Source of the DNA: Salinispira sp.
GTDB lineage: Bacteria > Spirochaetota > Spirochaetia > DSM-27196 > Salinispiraceae
NCBI GenBank assembly: GCA_965602015.1
Contig: OZ271918.1
Coordinates: 1,152,001-1,216,000 of the forward strand
Reading direction: 5' to 3'
DNA: 64,000 bases
In this document: one piece after another, positions 48,001 through 57,404 of the stretch
Layout of the letters: the number at the start of each line of letters is the position of its first letter
Position numbering within the stretch: the stretch's first letter is position 1
The notes under the pieces: model-generated
What the model saw: the letters and a program-made list of their open reading frames with translations, nothing else
What the model was told of the DNA's origin: nothing
The model's database searches: none
Made by a program: the position numbers and the translations under genes

Positions 48001-49931
48001 TTCGCCGCGGGAATCAGGCCGCCGGATGCGGTTTCCAGTGCCTGACCGTTAGGCAGGGCTGAGGGCAGGACCCCGGGGAAGGGCATCGCCGGGCTCCAAT
48101 CATCTACTCCGTCGTACAGCGGCCGAAATTCCAGCCGTGTGTCGGCGGAGAACAATCCTGCCCCAGCTTCAATTGTCAGATCAAGATTCGCATTATTGTA
48201 CGCGTAGGATGTGGAGAGTTGAACGTAGCCGGGATTCTCTCCAGGGCTCCGGCTGAATTCGCCGGGTTCGGTGGCAATGCTTCCGGCAACGGCAATATCG
48301 AGGTTACCAAAATCGCCGATTGACATGCGGTTCCCCTGACCGGCAACAATGGTTCCTCCGCCGGCTCCCTCCTCGAGGCTTCGGTACAGAAGGGTAATGT
48401 CGTCCAGATCGCTCACTGGACGGGAAAAGACGACTTCTCCGTTATCTATTGAGAAATCGTCGCTGGTCTGGCCATTTATGAATACCTGAAGGCTGCCGGG
48501 TACCATTGATTCATCGATGCGAATTCCGCTGTTCTCCTCACTGATGGCCGAAAGGCGAAAGCGGTTAATGCTGCTCGCGTAGGGGATCTCCCCCGGCCCA
48601 TAATAGCGACCTATTTCACTGCCCGCCATGTCCAACAAGGGATAGCGGATTTTCCAGGGTTGACTGAGGGGATCGGCGGCTGAGCCCGGCAAAATCCGGA
48701 TTCCAGAGGGGCTGCGGCGGATTGTCAGGTTTTGCTTCGGACCGGCGGCATCCTGCAATTCTAAGCGGGAGAATCCACCGTCAAGGTAAACTGCCCGGAT
48801 TTCAAAGGGTGAGAAAAGCCCCGGCTCGTACAGTACCAGTGAAGTGGGGCCGCCGCCGATGCTCCGTTGATAATCCGCATTGCTGAGACTGCCCGTCTCA
48901 AGCCCGAGTATGCCTTCCAGGGGGCCGATAAAAGCCGTTTCGAAACTGCTCCAGGAAAAGGTAACCAGGTCGGTTCCGACCTGTTGGCTGGCGGCCAGAT
49001 CGGCAATGGGGATTTCCCCCGGCTGATCCCCCACCGGCGAACCGGCCTTTTCATAATAAATCACCAGCCGCCCCGCCGGCAGGTCTGCGGAAAGAGTTAC
49101 TTCTGCCCGGGCGGAGTCTATTCCGTAATCCTCTGCGGGCACCAGGCGGCGGTACCAGCTTCCGTACTCGTCGCTGGCGCTGATGTCCCCGTAGCCAGTC
49201 TCGAAACGGCTGCTCTCCAGCCACAGTTCCACGGCTTCGGGGTTCCGGTCGGGCAAGAGGAAATGCTTTCCCCGGATGTACTCATCTATATGAATGCTTT
49301 CCGTACTGTACTCATTTGTCCCGGAAAATGTCCTCACGCGGCGGGAACTGCTGTCATAGCGGATAAAAAACTCGTGCAGGCTTTTTTCTCCCGCGAGGCT
49401 CAGGGAAAGTCCCGGACTGCCCGTGGCACCGTCTCCGATGTTCAAGAGGGGATATTCGGACATCCCGATAGTAGTATTGCCGAGTTTTAGCTCTCGGAGC
49501 AGGCCGTCGCCGTAATAACCGGCGAGAATGCTGTTGTCGCTAAAGCCCGATTGGAAACTGCTTTCGAAAAAAAACCGATTGTCGACCCAGAGGGAAACCA
49601 GGAGATCGACGGTATTTGTCAGCGGTCGGCTGCTCATACCCAGGGGCGGGTAGGAGATTCGCCGATATCCGCCGGAATCAAGGGGCAGCCATGTGCTGCC
49701 GAGGGCGAGAGCCGCCGAGGCTTCCCAGTCGCCCAGGAGGAAAAAATCCACCTCCGAATCGCCGATGCCGTAGCTGAGCAATTCCTCGGGCGATTCGTCG
49801 GGAAAAATAAGCTCGCCCTGAGGGCCCAGACTGGGCAGCAGGCTTTGGGCCCGGGCAGCGGCGGAACCAAGGAGTCCGATTATCAGCAGAACGGCGATGC
49901 GAAAAACTTTGTCGCTTGTGTAGCGTTTCAT
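45090..49931 (-). CDS. Large exported/outer-membrane protein (1613 aa)
   Basis: Signal peptide (AAARAQ), beta-rich, Ca-loop-like DSDGDNVLD and EDINGDGIL motifs, C-terminal Tyr. Confidence 0.7.
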   Translation of the reverse strand: MKRYTSDKVFRIAVLLIIGLLGSAAARAQSLLPSLGPQGELIFPDESPEELLSYGIGDSEVDFFLLGDWEASAALALGSTWLPLDSGGYRRISYPPLGMSSRPLTNTVDLLVSLWVDNRFFFESSFQSGFSDNSILAGYYGDGLLRELKLGNTTIGMSEYPLLNIGDGATGSPGLSLSLAGEKSLHEFFIRYDSSSRRVRTFSGTNEYSTESIHIDEYIRGKHFLLPDRNPEAVELWLESSRFETGYGDISASDEYGSWYRRLVPAEDYGIDSARAEVTLSADLPAGRLVIYYEKAGSPVGDQPGEIPIADLAASQQVGTDLVTFSWSSFETAFIGPLEGILGLETGSLSNADYQRSIGGGPTSLVLYEPGLFSPFEIRAVYLDGGFSRLELQDAAGPKQNLTIRRSPSGIRILPGSAADPLSQPWKIRYPLLDMAGSEIGRYYGPGEIPYASSINRFRLSAISEENSGIRIDESMVPGSLQVFINGQTSDDFSIDNGEVVFSRPVSDLDDITLLYRSLEEGAGGGTIVAGQGNRMSIGDFGNLDIAVAGSIATEPGEFSRSPGENPGYVQLSTSYAYNNANLDLTIEAGAGLFSADTRLEFRPLYDGVDDWSPAMPFPGVLPSALPNGQALETASGGLIPAANISNLGGRRGSLRFRDYRSDFRGFLLTRDAFSSEPDLVEQAAGPYPILASTDDPVSGAVAALEFDLSAGSWSGYQYSPGDPPGLIQGLELYILAEEVSAGPLQLALEFGALSEDSDGDNVLDSQASPEDLGYVLSLDSGDLIAGYPGREYRENWEPVSEDINGDGILNRANRAANITRYLGQIDTASDVWQKYEIQFSDLEISRVPELPSLRLVLYSDAASQGRILVSRASFTRTPLSVNGAGGRVRETANSSYEVRWDSRPGEAATLLYDLGASPMGMYGLLEVPLSQLSGGAGQISVEINSTALGSLSPGALSGDVTLGIDLENNLLLLRDPSGEIVQQVDFSASLPSGDLRYLGLRFTEGAAGSLVTGTPRFSRPASSIRGSFAADMEYRPQGWVLAEQTPFEVRLRRVRFSGGYQSGGFDQPAGVDSRALIDGRFGFSEVLFDSAFFFPTDGTISRDIEQRIIANPINGLTIRDSYRQAASDGGVRHERGAGITVSLGEAGDAGIDYSLSQDEANIQRGWNSSLDYSRNIGEADADNPSSRLGLRSSLQFSINEALEGPTSLSGNEAPDYFAGYAASLLRADWRLSESPDFTRQTEITLAPAIQVGRLDFSPSLALSTGYQSLPEATFNGGLTQDVSVGLDITPDSGISISFDQDHGISEFRETGGFFDDMGRAAAQIQAIHGIAVPRYVFGIFQDELDNQLITELNQSQAIGSPWLLRHEQRAGINFWRTPGSKLLDIVHPAGVSLSIDRAILWESGIVSDVRELESVVSWQAVNLFGSLGRYGGLNFYRSDEWFFEQRLRSDIDTRDDWLLSFILEPVLYEPWKASSLTNRLSADFASRGPVPWRISLHQVLTWVVPLNREGALSRFIEERSSLSEELRLENKESLEISFSGLRPGSPGGQNLITSPPGVSVDLSHRSALQFSELGSLSLGIRARYENRAIEDINYRFSHTLGVELDALLKLSY

Positions 49932-49987
49932 TCCCGATGTATTATACTTTTATACAGTATTTGCCATAACCCCAACAGGGAAAGTAT

Positions 49988-50914
49988 ATGAACCAACATC
50001 AACAGCGCGCTTCAGCCTTTGTGCACCGGCTTATAGCCAATCCTGCCCTCAAGCAGTTTACGCCCTTGCAGCGTGAGGAACAGGTTTCTCAGTTTCTCTC
50101 GGGCAATCTACAGCAGCTCGGTCCGACCCTTATGTCCCCAGCTTTTTTTCCCGGGATGCAGCTGGACCAGATACATCAGCTGCTCCAGTCGGTATTAATC
50201 CAGCTTACTAATGAGCGATTTCTCCCGGCCTTGAAGGCCGTTGTCCAGAAAATCGATTTCTCTTTTGTGCAGTTTCTTCGTCAGCAGCAAACCCGACCGG
50301 CAAACATCCAGGATCAGATTCTCCGCTTCCTTAATCAGAACCTGGGCAAGAGCGATGTCAGGCGGGCGTTTTCCGGAGCATACACTGCCCTCTATTATGA
50401 TATCGCCGCGAAGTATGTGAACGAAGCATACCGGATGCGCCGTCATATTTACTTTGAGCTGACCAAGGTTCAGCGCCTTAAGATGAGCAAGGAAGAGGTG
50501 AAGTCCTATGTGGAAGCCAGCCTTCTTTTAAAGGCCGCGGTTCAAGCCATGGGCTCCGGCGCCGAGGACCCCAGCGTCGATGCCCGAAGCGGGCTGATAA
50601 GCAGCAATTATGCCAAAACTCTTGTCGACCAGCTTAAGGGAGAGCTTACCATGCTGCCTCCCCAGGTGATTTCAAGCGCGGTGTACTCAAATGTATCCTT
50701 CCTTGAAAACAGCCAGGTGCAGACCACCGCCCGAATCGCTGCGGTTCTCGCCGGACGGGGCAAATCCTTCACGCCCGGCATGAAGGTTGATCGGGGAGCC
50801 GACAGTCCTGATAAAAGCTGGCTCAACATCGCCCGGCGAAACTATAAGTTCTATGGATTTGATATCAAAATGCTCGATGAAATGTACATGATTGCCGCTG
50901 AGAACGGCTGGTAG
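49988..50914 (+). CDS. Conserved hypothetical cytoplasmic protein
   Basis: 308-aa ORF ending DRGA..DKSWLNIARRNYKFYGFD..MLDEMY.IAAENGW; upstream of the voltage-sensor gene. Confidence 0.75.
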   Translation: MNQHQQRASAFVHRLIANPALKQFTPLQREEQVSQFLSGNLQQLGPTLMSPAFFPGMQLDQIHQLLQSVLIQLTNERFLPALKAVVQKIDFSFVQFLRQQQTRPANIQDQILRFLNQNLGKSDVRRAFSGAYTALYYDIAAKYVNEAYRMRRHIYFELTKVQRLKMSKEEVKSYVEASLLLKAAVQAMGSGAEDPSVDARSGLISSNYAKTLVDQLKGELTMLPPQVISSAVYSNVSFLENSQVQTTARIAAVLAGRGKSFTPGMKVDRGADSPDKSWLNIARRNYKFYGFDIKMLDEMYMIAAENGW

Positions 50915-50946
50915 CCCGCTGCAGCCCGGACCCGTGAGGAGAAAAA

Positions 50947-52545
50947 ATGCAAACCCGATTTACCCGCTTTCTTGAAAATTTCATCCTGTTCGCCATCATA
51001 CTGGTACTAATTCAAACATTTCTCGAGGATTTCTCCGTCCTGGCCGGGTGGTCATGGGATATCCGGCGCATTCTTATCATTACCGGGTTCGGCTTTGATT
51101 TGCTGTTTACCGCCGAATTCTTTTCCCGAGCCATCTCTTCCGGCTCAAAAAGCCTTTTCGGTCGCTACTTTCTCGAGGAAAGGGGATGGATTGATTTTCT
51201 TGCCTCTGTACCCCTTCTGCTTTTTAATTCCGGTCCCGAGCTTTTTGCATTGGTGACCGGCACCGGTGCGGTGCTGGCCTTCGGAAGCCTGCTGAATATC
51301 CTCAAGGTTGTAAAAGCCATCCGGATTGCCCGGGTATTGAGGCTGCTTCGGGTATTAAAAATATTCCGCCGAATAAAGAACACCGATTCGGTTATGGCCC
51401 AACGTCATGTGGCCAGGATGGCCACCATGGTGGTCACTACCCTGGTCGTGACCCTCCTGCTTTTCGCCGTGGTGGAGAGCCTTGTGGAGTCCCCCGATGT
51501 GGATCTCCTGTATCAGGATTCGGCGGTCGCCATTCTCGACTATATAGACTCGGAAAACCTCGCCGACCGGGCCAGCAACGCCGAATTGTCCCGCTTTGCC
51601 GGCTCCCTGCCTATGGTGCTCCAGGTAAGACAGAACGGCGCCATTCGTTACGATGCGACGGAGGGCGTCTCTGCGCTGGCCCCGTCGGATTACGGCTATG
51701 TTCAAAGCGGCGATGTTGAGCTCTATCTGGATCTCCGTCACGTAAATGTATCTGAAGCGTCGGTCAACCTCCGGTATTTCTTCCTGATCATCACGCTGGT
51801 GCTCATGCTGATGTTCCTCTACAGCCCCCATTTCGCGCTAACCATATCCGATCCCATCCACGTCATGCGCAAGGGATTTGACGAGTCGGGTTACAATCTC
51901 GAAGTCCGAATTCCCGAGGAGTTCCGCAATGACGAGATTTACCGCCTGGCGTACTCATATAACCGGAATTACCTTCCTTTAAAAGATCGGGAAAATGCTG
52001 CGAATACCTCCTCTGTCCTCGATTTGTCCATGGATGATCTTCAGGGCATTGCCGGCTTTGATGATGATCTCGAAATGGACCTGGGTGATGATCTCGATAT
52101 GGACCTCAGTGACAGTATTGACCTCAATGATGATGCCGACGACGATAACACTATCGGAAGCAAAAGCGATGGAGGATTCGGCGACGGGCTCGATCTGGAA
52201 AGCGATTCGGTGTTCGATGCTGAAATTTCCGATGATCTTCAGGAATCAGATTTCCCTGAGGACCTGGACCTTTCGGCTCCGGATTTTGGTGAAGAAGAGT
52301 TTTCAAGCATGCCGGATATTGATATGGAAGCCCCGGAGGACGAATTTACAGAACTTGACGAGAGTCTGAGTTCGGATGAGGACGGGGGATTTGACCTGGA
52401 TTCCGTGGAATCCGCCGAACCGGAAAACGATGGTCCCGCAGACTCACCGGAATCTGACGGCGATTTTACCCTTGATGACGTAGACCTGGATGAATTGGAT
52501 CTGGAAGATTTTACCTTTGACGATGAGGATGAGGAGAAGGCCTAG
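50947..52545 (+). CDS. Voltage-sensor (S1-S4) domain + TM-periplasmic-TM-HAMP-like + acidic tail membrane protein
   Basis: FDLLFTAEF (S2), WIDFLASVP (S3), KVVKAIRIARVLRLLRVLKIFRRIK (S4); no pore/selectivity filter; ISDPI...NDEIYRLA..YN HAMP pattern. Confidence 0.75.
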   Translation: MQTRFTRFLENFILFAIILVLIQTFLEDFSVLAGWSWDIRRILIITGFGFDLLFTAEFFSRAISSGSKSLFGRYFLEERGWIDFLASVPLLLFNSGPELFALVTGTGAVLAFGSLLNILKVVKAIRIARVLRLLRVLKIFRRIKNTDSVMAQRHVARMATMVVTTLVVTLLLFAVVESLVESPDVDLLYQDSAVAILDYIDSENLADRASNAELSRFAGSLPMVLQVRQNGAIRYDATEGVSALAPSDYGYVQSGDVELYLDLRHVNVSEASVNLRYFFLIITLVLMLMFLYSPHFALTISDPIHVMRKGFDESGYNLEVRIPEEFRNDEIYRLAYSYNRNYLPLKDRENAANTSSVLDLSMDDLQGIAGFDDDLEMDLGDDLDMDLSDSIDLNDDADDDNTIGSKSDGGFGDGLDLESDSVFDAEISDDLQESDFPEDLDLSAPDFGEEEFSSMPDIDMEAPEDEFTELDESLSSDEDGGFDLDSVESAEPENDGPADSPESDGDFTLDDVDLDELDLEDFTFDDEDEEKA

Positions 52546-52563
52546 GCCTTTCCGGAGCACAGC

Positions 52564-52854
52564 ATGGTCATCTCAATGCTTCAGTTCATTATCGAACTGC
52601 CTGAGACTACGAGCCTCAAGGAAAAACGCCACATCGTCAATTCCCTCAAGCACCGGATCATTCGCCGCTACAAGGTGAGCGCCGCAGAGGTCGACCTGCA
52701 CGAAAGCATCGCATTTGCCCAAATCGGCGTTGCCGTAGTGTCAAACAGCCGGAAATTCGGGGAATCCCTCATGCAAAAAATTCTGACCTTCGTCGAAAAC
52801 GACTATGACGGCAGGATTCATGATTCGGCGGTGTTTTCCGAAAACTATGCATAA
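52564..52854 (+). CDS. DUF503 (YlxP-like) protein
   Basis: SLKEKR..VNSLK.RI..RYKVSAAEVD.HE....AQIGVAVVSN. Confidence 0.88.
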   Translation: MVISMLQFIIELPETTSLKEKRHIVNSLKHRIIRRYKVSAAEVDLHESIAFAQIGVAVVSNSRKFGESLMQKILTFVENDYDGRIHDSAVFSENYA

Positions 52855-52899
52855 GCTTCCCCGCCGGGCAGCGGTGCAGAATAAGGTCTCAGGGAACAG

Positions 52900-53613
52900 C
52901 TATCGGATTTCGTCGTCTAAGGGCAACAGAAAAAGATCCTGCAGGTTGTAGTCTCTCAGGGATTTCATCCCCTTCACCGGCTTCACCCTCTCCGCAGTAA
53001 GCTTGAGTGAGAATGAGTGGAGAAATGGTTCAAACCTGTCATCATGGACGACCAGCTCGAATACGAACTCCCGTTCCTCGCCGGAGTTCTCCGCTTCGAC
53101 GGGTTTTGGCCAAAAGAGGTAGGTCCCCGGAGTATTGGTAACAATGGGGTAGGGGTTTTGCCACCGGGTGTCCACCATGGGGACCTTCTCTCCGTTGCAT
53201 CGAAATTCCACATCGACATCAATCACCGGCTCGAAATTTAGGCCGTTAAAAAGCCTGCCCTTTATCATCGGGAACTGGAAATACAGTCCCTCATCGATGG
53301 TTTCTGACTCCGGGTCTTTTTTGTCGTAAAAACTGCGTTGGATGGTTGTCACTCTCCGCAGGCCTTCATGGGCTAGAGTGACGATATCGATGTGAATTTG
53401 CGGGTCGTTAAGATCATTTTCTAAATGGGCGAAACCCCTGCCTGAGGTGACATATCGCTGAGGTATCCTGTTGAGAACGAAACATGCGGCGTCCATACGG
53501 CACTGGGGGCTGGTACAATAACCGCTTTCATCCTTTTTCTCTTCGTCATCGCAGATTTCATTGAGAACGTTGAGTACCTTGTCTTCCATAAGATTATGAA
53601 TTTCCAAATTCAT
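52900..53613 (-). CDS. ComFB (late competence development) family protein
   Basis: HNLMEDKV...C...C..CRMDAACFVLNRIPQRYV plus C-terminal extension. Confidence 0.82.
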   Translation of the reverse strand: MNLEIHNLMEDKVLNVLNEICDDEEKKDESGYCTSPQCRMDAACFVLNRIPQRYVTSGRGFAHLENDLNDPQIHIDIVTLAHEGLRRVTTIQRSFYDKKDPESETIDEGLYFQFPMIKGRLFNGLNFEPVIDVDVEFRCNGEKVPMVDTRWQNPYPIVTNTPGTYLFWPKPVEAENSGEEREFVFELVVHDDRFEPFLHSFSLKLTAERVKPVKGMKSLRDYNLQDLFLLPLDDEIR

Positions 53614-54052
53614 CCCCCTTCTGGAAATCCTGTCTAATATCGAGCAACTCGCTGAGGTTTTTCACCGCAGCCTTGAAGTCCCGCAGGGTTTCCTTCAGCG
53701 CGTAATAGTTCAGCCCGGCATAGTAAATTTTGCTGAACAGGCTGAACGCAATTTCGTCCTTGCTGTTTATTATATTAACGTATGTGCCGAACTCGTAGCA
53801 AATTTGAAGCATCTCATCGAGGCGGTCGCGAATAAAATCCTGAAACTCCGGCGAGAAAGAAAAAACAAAGCTGAGTTCGAGGAACTTGCTTTCCCGGTCA
53901 ATATAATAAGCCGCCATGAATCCCTGATCGTCCTGGATGCTCGCCGAGTACGCTTCCTCCAGTTCCTCCGCGTCCATTATTTCAAAATTCAGCTCCTTGA
54001 GGATGATTTCAACCCGGCGCTTCCGCTCATCTACAATGCTCGCTCCGCTCAT
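53594..54052 (-). CDS. Hypothetical protein (YbjN/T3SS-chaperone-like fold possible)
   Basis: About 150-aa acidic ORF coupled between the HD and ComFB genes. Confidence 0.65.
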   Translation of the reverse strand: MSGASIVDERKRRVEIILKELNFEIMDAEELEEAYSASIQDDQGFMAAYYIDRESKFLELSFVFSFSPEFQDFIRDRLDEMLQICYEFGTYVNIINSKDEIAFSLFSKIYYAGLNYYALKETLRDFKAAVKNLSELLDIRQDFQKGDEFGNS

Positions 54053-54070
54053 GCCCCGCTCCTTACTCAA

Positions 54071-55363
54071 TTATAGTCCGCCCAGGCGCACAAGCTCGCT
54101 CTGACTCAAGGATTTTTCCGCAATTTTTTCATGAAGTTCGGGGGACAGGGCGAGGCGAATTTTCCGAAGACTTGAGACGAACTGATGTACCACTTCAGGA
54201 GTGAATACAGAGGGCACGGCGCTATATGAGCGCAGTTCGGATCCGTCGGCCACCATCATTTTCATTTCGAAGGAAATATTCTCCGGTATATCGAGAATCA
54301 TATCGTTTTCTCCCACCGGAAGTCCTATCATGTCAGCCAACTCAGCCCGGATAAAATCCTCCCTGATTGCCCGCTGTTCCAGATCCTCCAATGAACTGTG
54401 TACCGGGTTTTCCGAATCGAAGGGAATGGTCAATACGGTTTTATGAAGGTTCCTGTTGTACACCCGCCGTATAAGCTCAAATTCCTCGCCCCGGCGGCTG
54501 CCGATAGTGGTATAAAAACTGTCGTCATCCAAACCATAGAGCTCGGTCGCCAATAGTGCGCCGTTGTGCAGCGCCCGGTGAAGGGATTTTTTGATCATGC
54601 CGGTGGCGATGCGCACGGTATTGTGCCAGTACACCGCCCGGTACATGAGGTATTTGGCGAACAGCAGGCTCTCGATGGCCGCGACACCGCCGGATTCGAT
54701 GACGACCCCGTGTTCCCGGTCCGGATGGAGTACCGACAGGATGTAATCCACGTCCTGCGAACCGTAGGGTACTCCGCAAAAATACGCGTCGCGGTTAAGG
54801 TAATCGAGCTTGTCGGGGTCAATTGGGGCGCTCAGCAGCTTACGAAAGAACAGGACATCGGACTCCCGGCTCTCGCGCCGCTCATCCACGATGGCTGCGC
54901 ACAATTCCGGGCTGGTGCCGATATCGCGCTTTATGATTTCCCGAATCGGGGAACTCAGTATGTATTCGGCGGTCAGCTCCTCGTGTTCCCTCAGGGGAAG
55001 TTCCTTCAGACTGTGGGTGAAGGGAAAGTGCCCCATGTCGTGGAGCAGCGCCGCCGTGAGGAATGCTTTTACCCCTTCAATTGTCATGGTAAAATCAGAG
55101 CCTCTGCTGACAAAGCTGTTGATTATCCGGTATGCGGTATGAAAAACCCCGAGACTGTGGTTTAATCTGCTATGGGTGGCTCCCGGATAGACGAGATAAC
55201 TGGGTCCCAGCTGCTTTATCCTCGCAAGCTGCTGAAACTGAGCAGTTTCAACCAGCTTTTTTAAACCCGGTGAGAGATAAATGTGACCCCACAGGGTGTC
55301 CCGGATTGGAATGTAATAATCATTGAGGAGATGCTCTCGAATATCTGTTATGCGTGATTTCAT
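54071..55363 (-). CDS. HD-domain phosphohydrolase (SAMHD1/dNTPase-like)
   Basis: IRDTLWG, FQQLARIKQLG, YPGATHSRLNHSLG, LLHDMGHFPFTH, DPDKLDYLNRD, MYRAVYWH. Confidence 0.9.
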   Translation of the reverse strand: MKSRITDIREHLLNDYYIPIRDTLWGHIYLSPGLKKLVETAQFQQLARIKQLGPSYLVYPGATHSRLNHSLGVFHTAYRIINSFVSRGSDFTMTIEGVKAFLTAALLHDMGHFPFTHSLKELPLREHEELTAEYILSSPIREIIKRDIGTSPELCAAIVDERRESRESDVLFFRKLLSAPIDPDKLDYLNRDAYFCGVPYGSQDVDYILSVLHPDREHGVVIESGGVAAIESLLFAKYLMYRAVYWHNTVRIATGMIKKSLHRALHNGALLATELYGLDDDSFYTTIGSRRGEEFELIRRVYNRNLHKTVLTIPFDSENPVHSSLEDLEQRAIREDFIRAELADMIGLPVGENDMILDIPENISFEMKMMVADGSELRSYSAVPSVFTPEVVHQFVSSLRKIRLALSPELHEKIAEKSLSQSELVRLGGL

Positions 55364-56054
55364 TGTCAGACACTATAGCCGGCGAAAAGCGGCTCTTGCA
55401 ATCCTGATTGCCCTCGTTTTCCTCATAGCAATGGTTGTCCTTGTCCGGATTTCCGAGCGTGGGGGAGATTCTTCACCCGATGGGAATGATTCGACGGGAA
55501 ACCAGAACAGAATGGTGATCGGTCCTCAGGGAGATGATTCCGGGCAATCCGCTGCCACCGGCACTGCTGCCGATGCCTCTTCGCCGGGTTCACAGGCCGG
55601 AGATTCCGAAGCTCAACATCAGCGGGATGGCGAAGCGGTTACCCTCGACGCCGATCAAAATCAGGGGCAGGTTCCCGTAAGCGCAGCAAACCGCCAGATT
55701 CAGGGCCTGGCCAAAAGGCATGACCTGTCTTTTCGCGATGCAGTCATCCCCCGCCATCCGGTAATTGGCGATCTGCCACCGGCTGTCGCGCAGGTCGGAA
55801 TCGATGATGCACTTTTACGCACAGTGGAGGATGCCGAGTTTTGGAGCAATCTCGCGTGGGATTCTACCGGCCGTCAGGATACGCCCCGGGGACCCTTTCG
55901 CAGGAGCCTCCCCGGTCGCATCACCCGGGTCGGCGCACAACGATACCGACTAAGCGTCGTTCTTGATTCTTTTGAAAACCGGTATTTTGTCGACACTGTG
56001 TTATATTTTACTCTCGGGGAATACCGCCTGGAGAGCTTCCGTTATCTCCAATAA
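55350..56054 (+). CDS. Hypothetical membrane-anchored protein
   Basis: N-terminal TM then low-complexity linker; start uncertain (head-to-head with the HD gene). Confidence 0.5.
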   Translation: MRDFIVRHYSRRKAALAILIALVFLIAMVVLVRISERGGDSSPDGNDSTGNQNRMVIGPQGDDSGQSAATGTAADASSPGSQAGDSEAQHQRDGEAVTLDADQNQGQVPVSAANRQIQGLAKRHDLSFRDAVIPRHPVIGDLPPAVAQVGIDDALLRTVEDAEFWSNLAWDSTGRQDTPRGPFRRSLPGRITRVGAQRYRLSVVLDSFENRYFVDTVLYFTLGEYRLESFRYLQ

Positions 56055-56114
56055 CAGAAAAAATAGATAGCAATTAATCCATGATATGCGTAGTATTAGA
56101 AGGTAAGAACAACC

Positions 56115-57338
56115 ATGGCACAGCAAATACACCGAATCGAGAAAGAATTTATCTTCAAAACTCTCATAGAATCCGATGCGCCAATCGCCATCCATTTCCA
56201 TCAGGAACGTCATCGGGGAAGCGTCAAGCTATTTACCAAATCCGAGCTCAAAATACGTCTGGAAGATGCTGCCAAAGCCGAGTTTTCACGGGGAGACGAG
56301 TTACGGCTTTTTTTCAGGTTTAGGGGTACGCCGATAACCTGCAGCAGTAAATACCTCAAGCGGGATGACGGAGACTTCATTCTTGAGCCCCCGTCAGCGG
56401 TATACCGCGACCTCAGCAGGCTTTATGAACGGGTCGAAGCCGATAAAAGCATGTCAGTGAGCCTTCTGATAAACGGCGAGCGTCTGAACATCGATTTTCC
56501 GGCCAGCGAATCGTATTATGAGCCCGAGCCCCCCAGCCTGGATTTGAACTTCGATGTCTCCCGCATTTCCGAACTCCTGAGGGCTTTTCGTGAGCGATCC
56601 GCGGCGTTCGCCAGTGAAAATAAAATCACCATGTTCAGAGAACGAAGACCTACCGACATCGTCGAACGGATGCTCGCCCTGTCCGGAAAAATCGTGGTCC
56701 TGCCCTTCGATAACCTAGACAGTTTCACCATGGTGCGCTCGAAACTGGCTACCAGTCTGCTCAAGGAAGGCGACCTCCACCGGATGTTCAGGGAAGCCGG
56801 AGAGGACCCCATGCTTGCGGCATCGGAGCTTCAGGATCACCTGGGAAAACTAAAAACCCAAAAAGTCTGGCACGAGCTGTACTGCCCGGTACTCTTCAGG
56901 GAGTTCGTCGTGGGATATATTTATCTCATGCGGGCCGACATGAGCATCACTCCTTTCAGCCAGGAACACCTGGATATGGTGCATCAGTTCAGCCGGCTGC
57001 TTTCTTATTCACTGAAGTTAAACGGATATTTCAAGGCTGAACCTGTACAGGAAGAGTTTACCAGTTCCGAGCTGGTGGATATAAGCGGCTCTGGCCTGTT
57101 GTTTTCATATCCCTTGGATGGTCCGTCGATTCAGCTGTACACCGACGTGGAACTCACCGTTACCCTTGCAGAACAGCCAATCAAAATTCTCGGCCGGGTG
57201 GTGAGGAAGTTCAGGGATGCGGGACAAATATATCTTGGCGTGCAGTTTATGGATCTCTCGGATGAGGACCAACATCTTCTTCTCAGCAGGCTGTACGGAG
57301 CGGATTATGACGGCCAGATAGAGCAGCCGGCGGAGTAA
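56115..57338 (+). CDS. PilZ-domain protein (DUF1577-like spirochaete type)
   Basis: RDLSRLYER, ELYCPVLF..VVGYI, C-terminal LVDISGSG...GRVVR...LGVQF PilZ barrel. Confidence 0.75.
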   Translation: MAQQIHRIEKEFIFKTLIESDAPIAIHFHQERHRGSVKLFTKSELKIRLEDAAKAEFSRGDELRLFFRFRGTPITCSSKYLKRDDGDFILEPPSAVYRDLSRLYERVEADKSMSVSLLINGERLNIDFPASESYYEPEPPSLDLNFDVSRISELLRAFRERSAAFASENKITMFRERRPTDIVERMLALSGKIVVLPFDNLDSFTMVRSKLATSLLKEGDLHRMFREAGEDPMLAASELQDHLGKLKTQKVWHELYCPVLFREFVVGYIYLMRADMSITPFSQEHLDMVHQFSRLLSYSLKLNGYFKAEPVQEEFTSSELVDISGSGLLFSYPLDGPSIQLYTDVELTVTLAEQPIKILGRVVRKFRDAGQIYLGVQFMDLSDEDQHLLLSRLYGADYDGQIEQPAE

Positions 57339-57404
57339 GCGCGGCTCCCGGATACCCTCGGCGATTGAACAAGCTCGACTAGTAAAAAACACGGCAGTTG
57401 ATCC

